From sequence record OR167180: a stretch of DNA of 64,000 nucleotides, one strand, 5' to 3'. Shown here piece after piece: positions 63,507 to 64,000 of this stretch (within the stretch, counting starts at the first letter, position 1; each line of letters begins with the position of its first letter). The DNA is from Escherichia phage MIZ4. Made by a program: the position numbers and the translations under genes. The notes beneath the pieces were generated by a model, which was given only the letters and a program-made list of their open reading frames with translations, made no database searches and was not told where the DNA came from.

Positions 63507-64000
63507 ATGTCAGATCTAGGCTTAGATATGAAGCAATTAATGAATTTCGAAAGTCTAGGTCTTCCGGGGACATTCGACGCGGAAGAAGATCGAGTGAGCT
63601 ATGATCCGCTCGTCTTGACTCCGGTCGAAAGCCATCCAGAAGATCGTAATATTGACTTACAACGAGATTATAATGAGGCACGTCAGAATATTCATTTTCA
63701 GAATCAGATGATGATGGACGCAGCAAAGATTTATCTTGAACTTGCAAAAAACAGTGAGTCTCCGAGGTTCTTACAAGCATTTAACGGCCTCATGCAGCAA
63801 ATGAGCAACAACAATAAAGAATTGCTGAATATCCATAAGGATATGAAGAAAATCACCGAGCAAGCTGGAGAGAAAAAGAAAGATAATACTCCAGCCGCAC
63901 CAGTTAATATCCAGAATGCGACCGTCTTTATGGGTTCTCCTAGTGATTTAATGGATGAAATCGAAGACGAGGAAGCGCGAGTTATTGAAGGCGAGACAGT
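63507..64000 (+). CDS. 16: Terminase small subunit gp16 (N-terminal part; continues beyond window end)
   Basis: Translation from ATG 63507: MSDLGLDMKQLMNFESLGLPG...NIHFQNQMMMDAAKIYLELAKNSESPR...HKDMKKITEQ...NIQNATVFMGSPSDLMDEI matches recalled T4 gp16; the track lists only an opposite-strand shadow ORF. Confidence 0.9.
   Translation, partial: MSDLGLDMKQLMNFESLGLPGTFDAEEDRVSYDPLVLTPVESHPEDRNIDLQRDYNEARQNIHFQNQMMMDAAKIYLELAKNSESPRFLQAFNGLMQQMSNNNKELLNIHKDMKKITEQAGEKKKDNTPAAPVNIQNATVFMGSPSDLMDEIEDEEARVIEGET

Noticed and set aside
1-64000. CRISPR array or integrase/att sites indicating a prophage or defence island
   Set aside because: No direct repeats with regular spacers were seen. The recurring ~70-90 bp elements are promoter/leader cassettes at irregular spacing preceding genes, not a CRISPR array. 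No integrase-like ORF recognised.

Overview
This window is a segment of a T4-like (Tevenvirinae-type) myovirus genome, colinear with phage T4 from gene 46 through the start of gene 16. Positions 1-39554 form a minus-strand early/middle block: gp46 (partial), gp47, gp55 late sigma factor, anaerobic ribonucleotide reductase NrdD/NrdG, glutaredoxin/thioredoxin-like NrdH/NrdC, Dam methyltransferase, endonuclease VII, thymidine kinase, a RegB-like protein, a GrcA-like glycyl-radical protein, an M15 peptidase endolysin, 57B/57A, gp1 and gp3. This block is packed with more than 70 small accessory ORFs separated by a repeated promoter/hairpin cassette. gp2 and gp4 (minus strand, 40029-41335) are followed by the plus-strand late baseplate/neck module (41391-64000): gp53, gp5, gp5.4, gp6 to gp12, fibritin, gp13 to gp15 and the start of gp16. 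The late module is interrupted by three freestanding homing endonuclease genes and, between gp8 and gp9, by a self-contained early-promoter-driven cassette encoding a gamma-class amino-methyltransferase; this cassette is the strongest candidate for an undescribed system. Other candidates are an expanded paralogous family of small proteins flanking the nrd genes, a 489-aa P-loop protein, a macro-domain protein and a pol-beta-type nucleotidyltransferase. No tRNA, rRNA or CRISPR array was recognised. All homology statements rest on motif reading and recalled T4 protein sequences, not on database searches. The ORF track accepts alternative start codons and often over-extends starts into upstream promoters, so several starts were adjusted by eye and are approximate to within a few bases.
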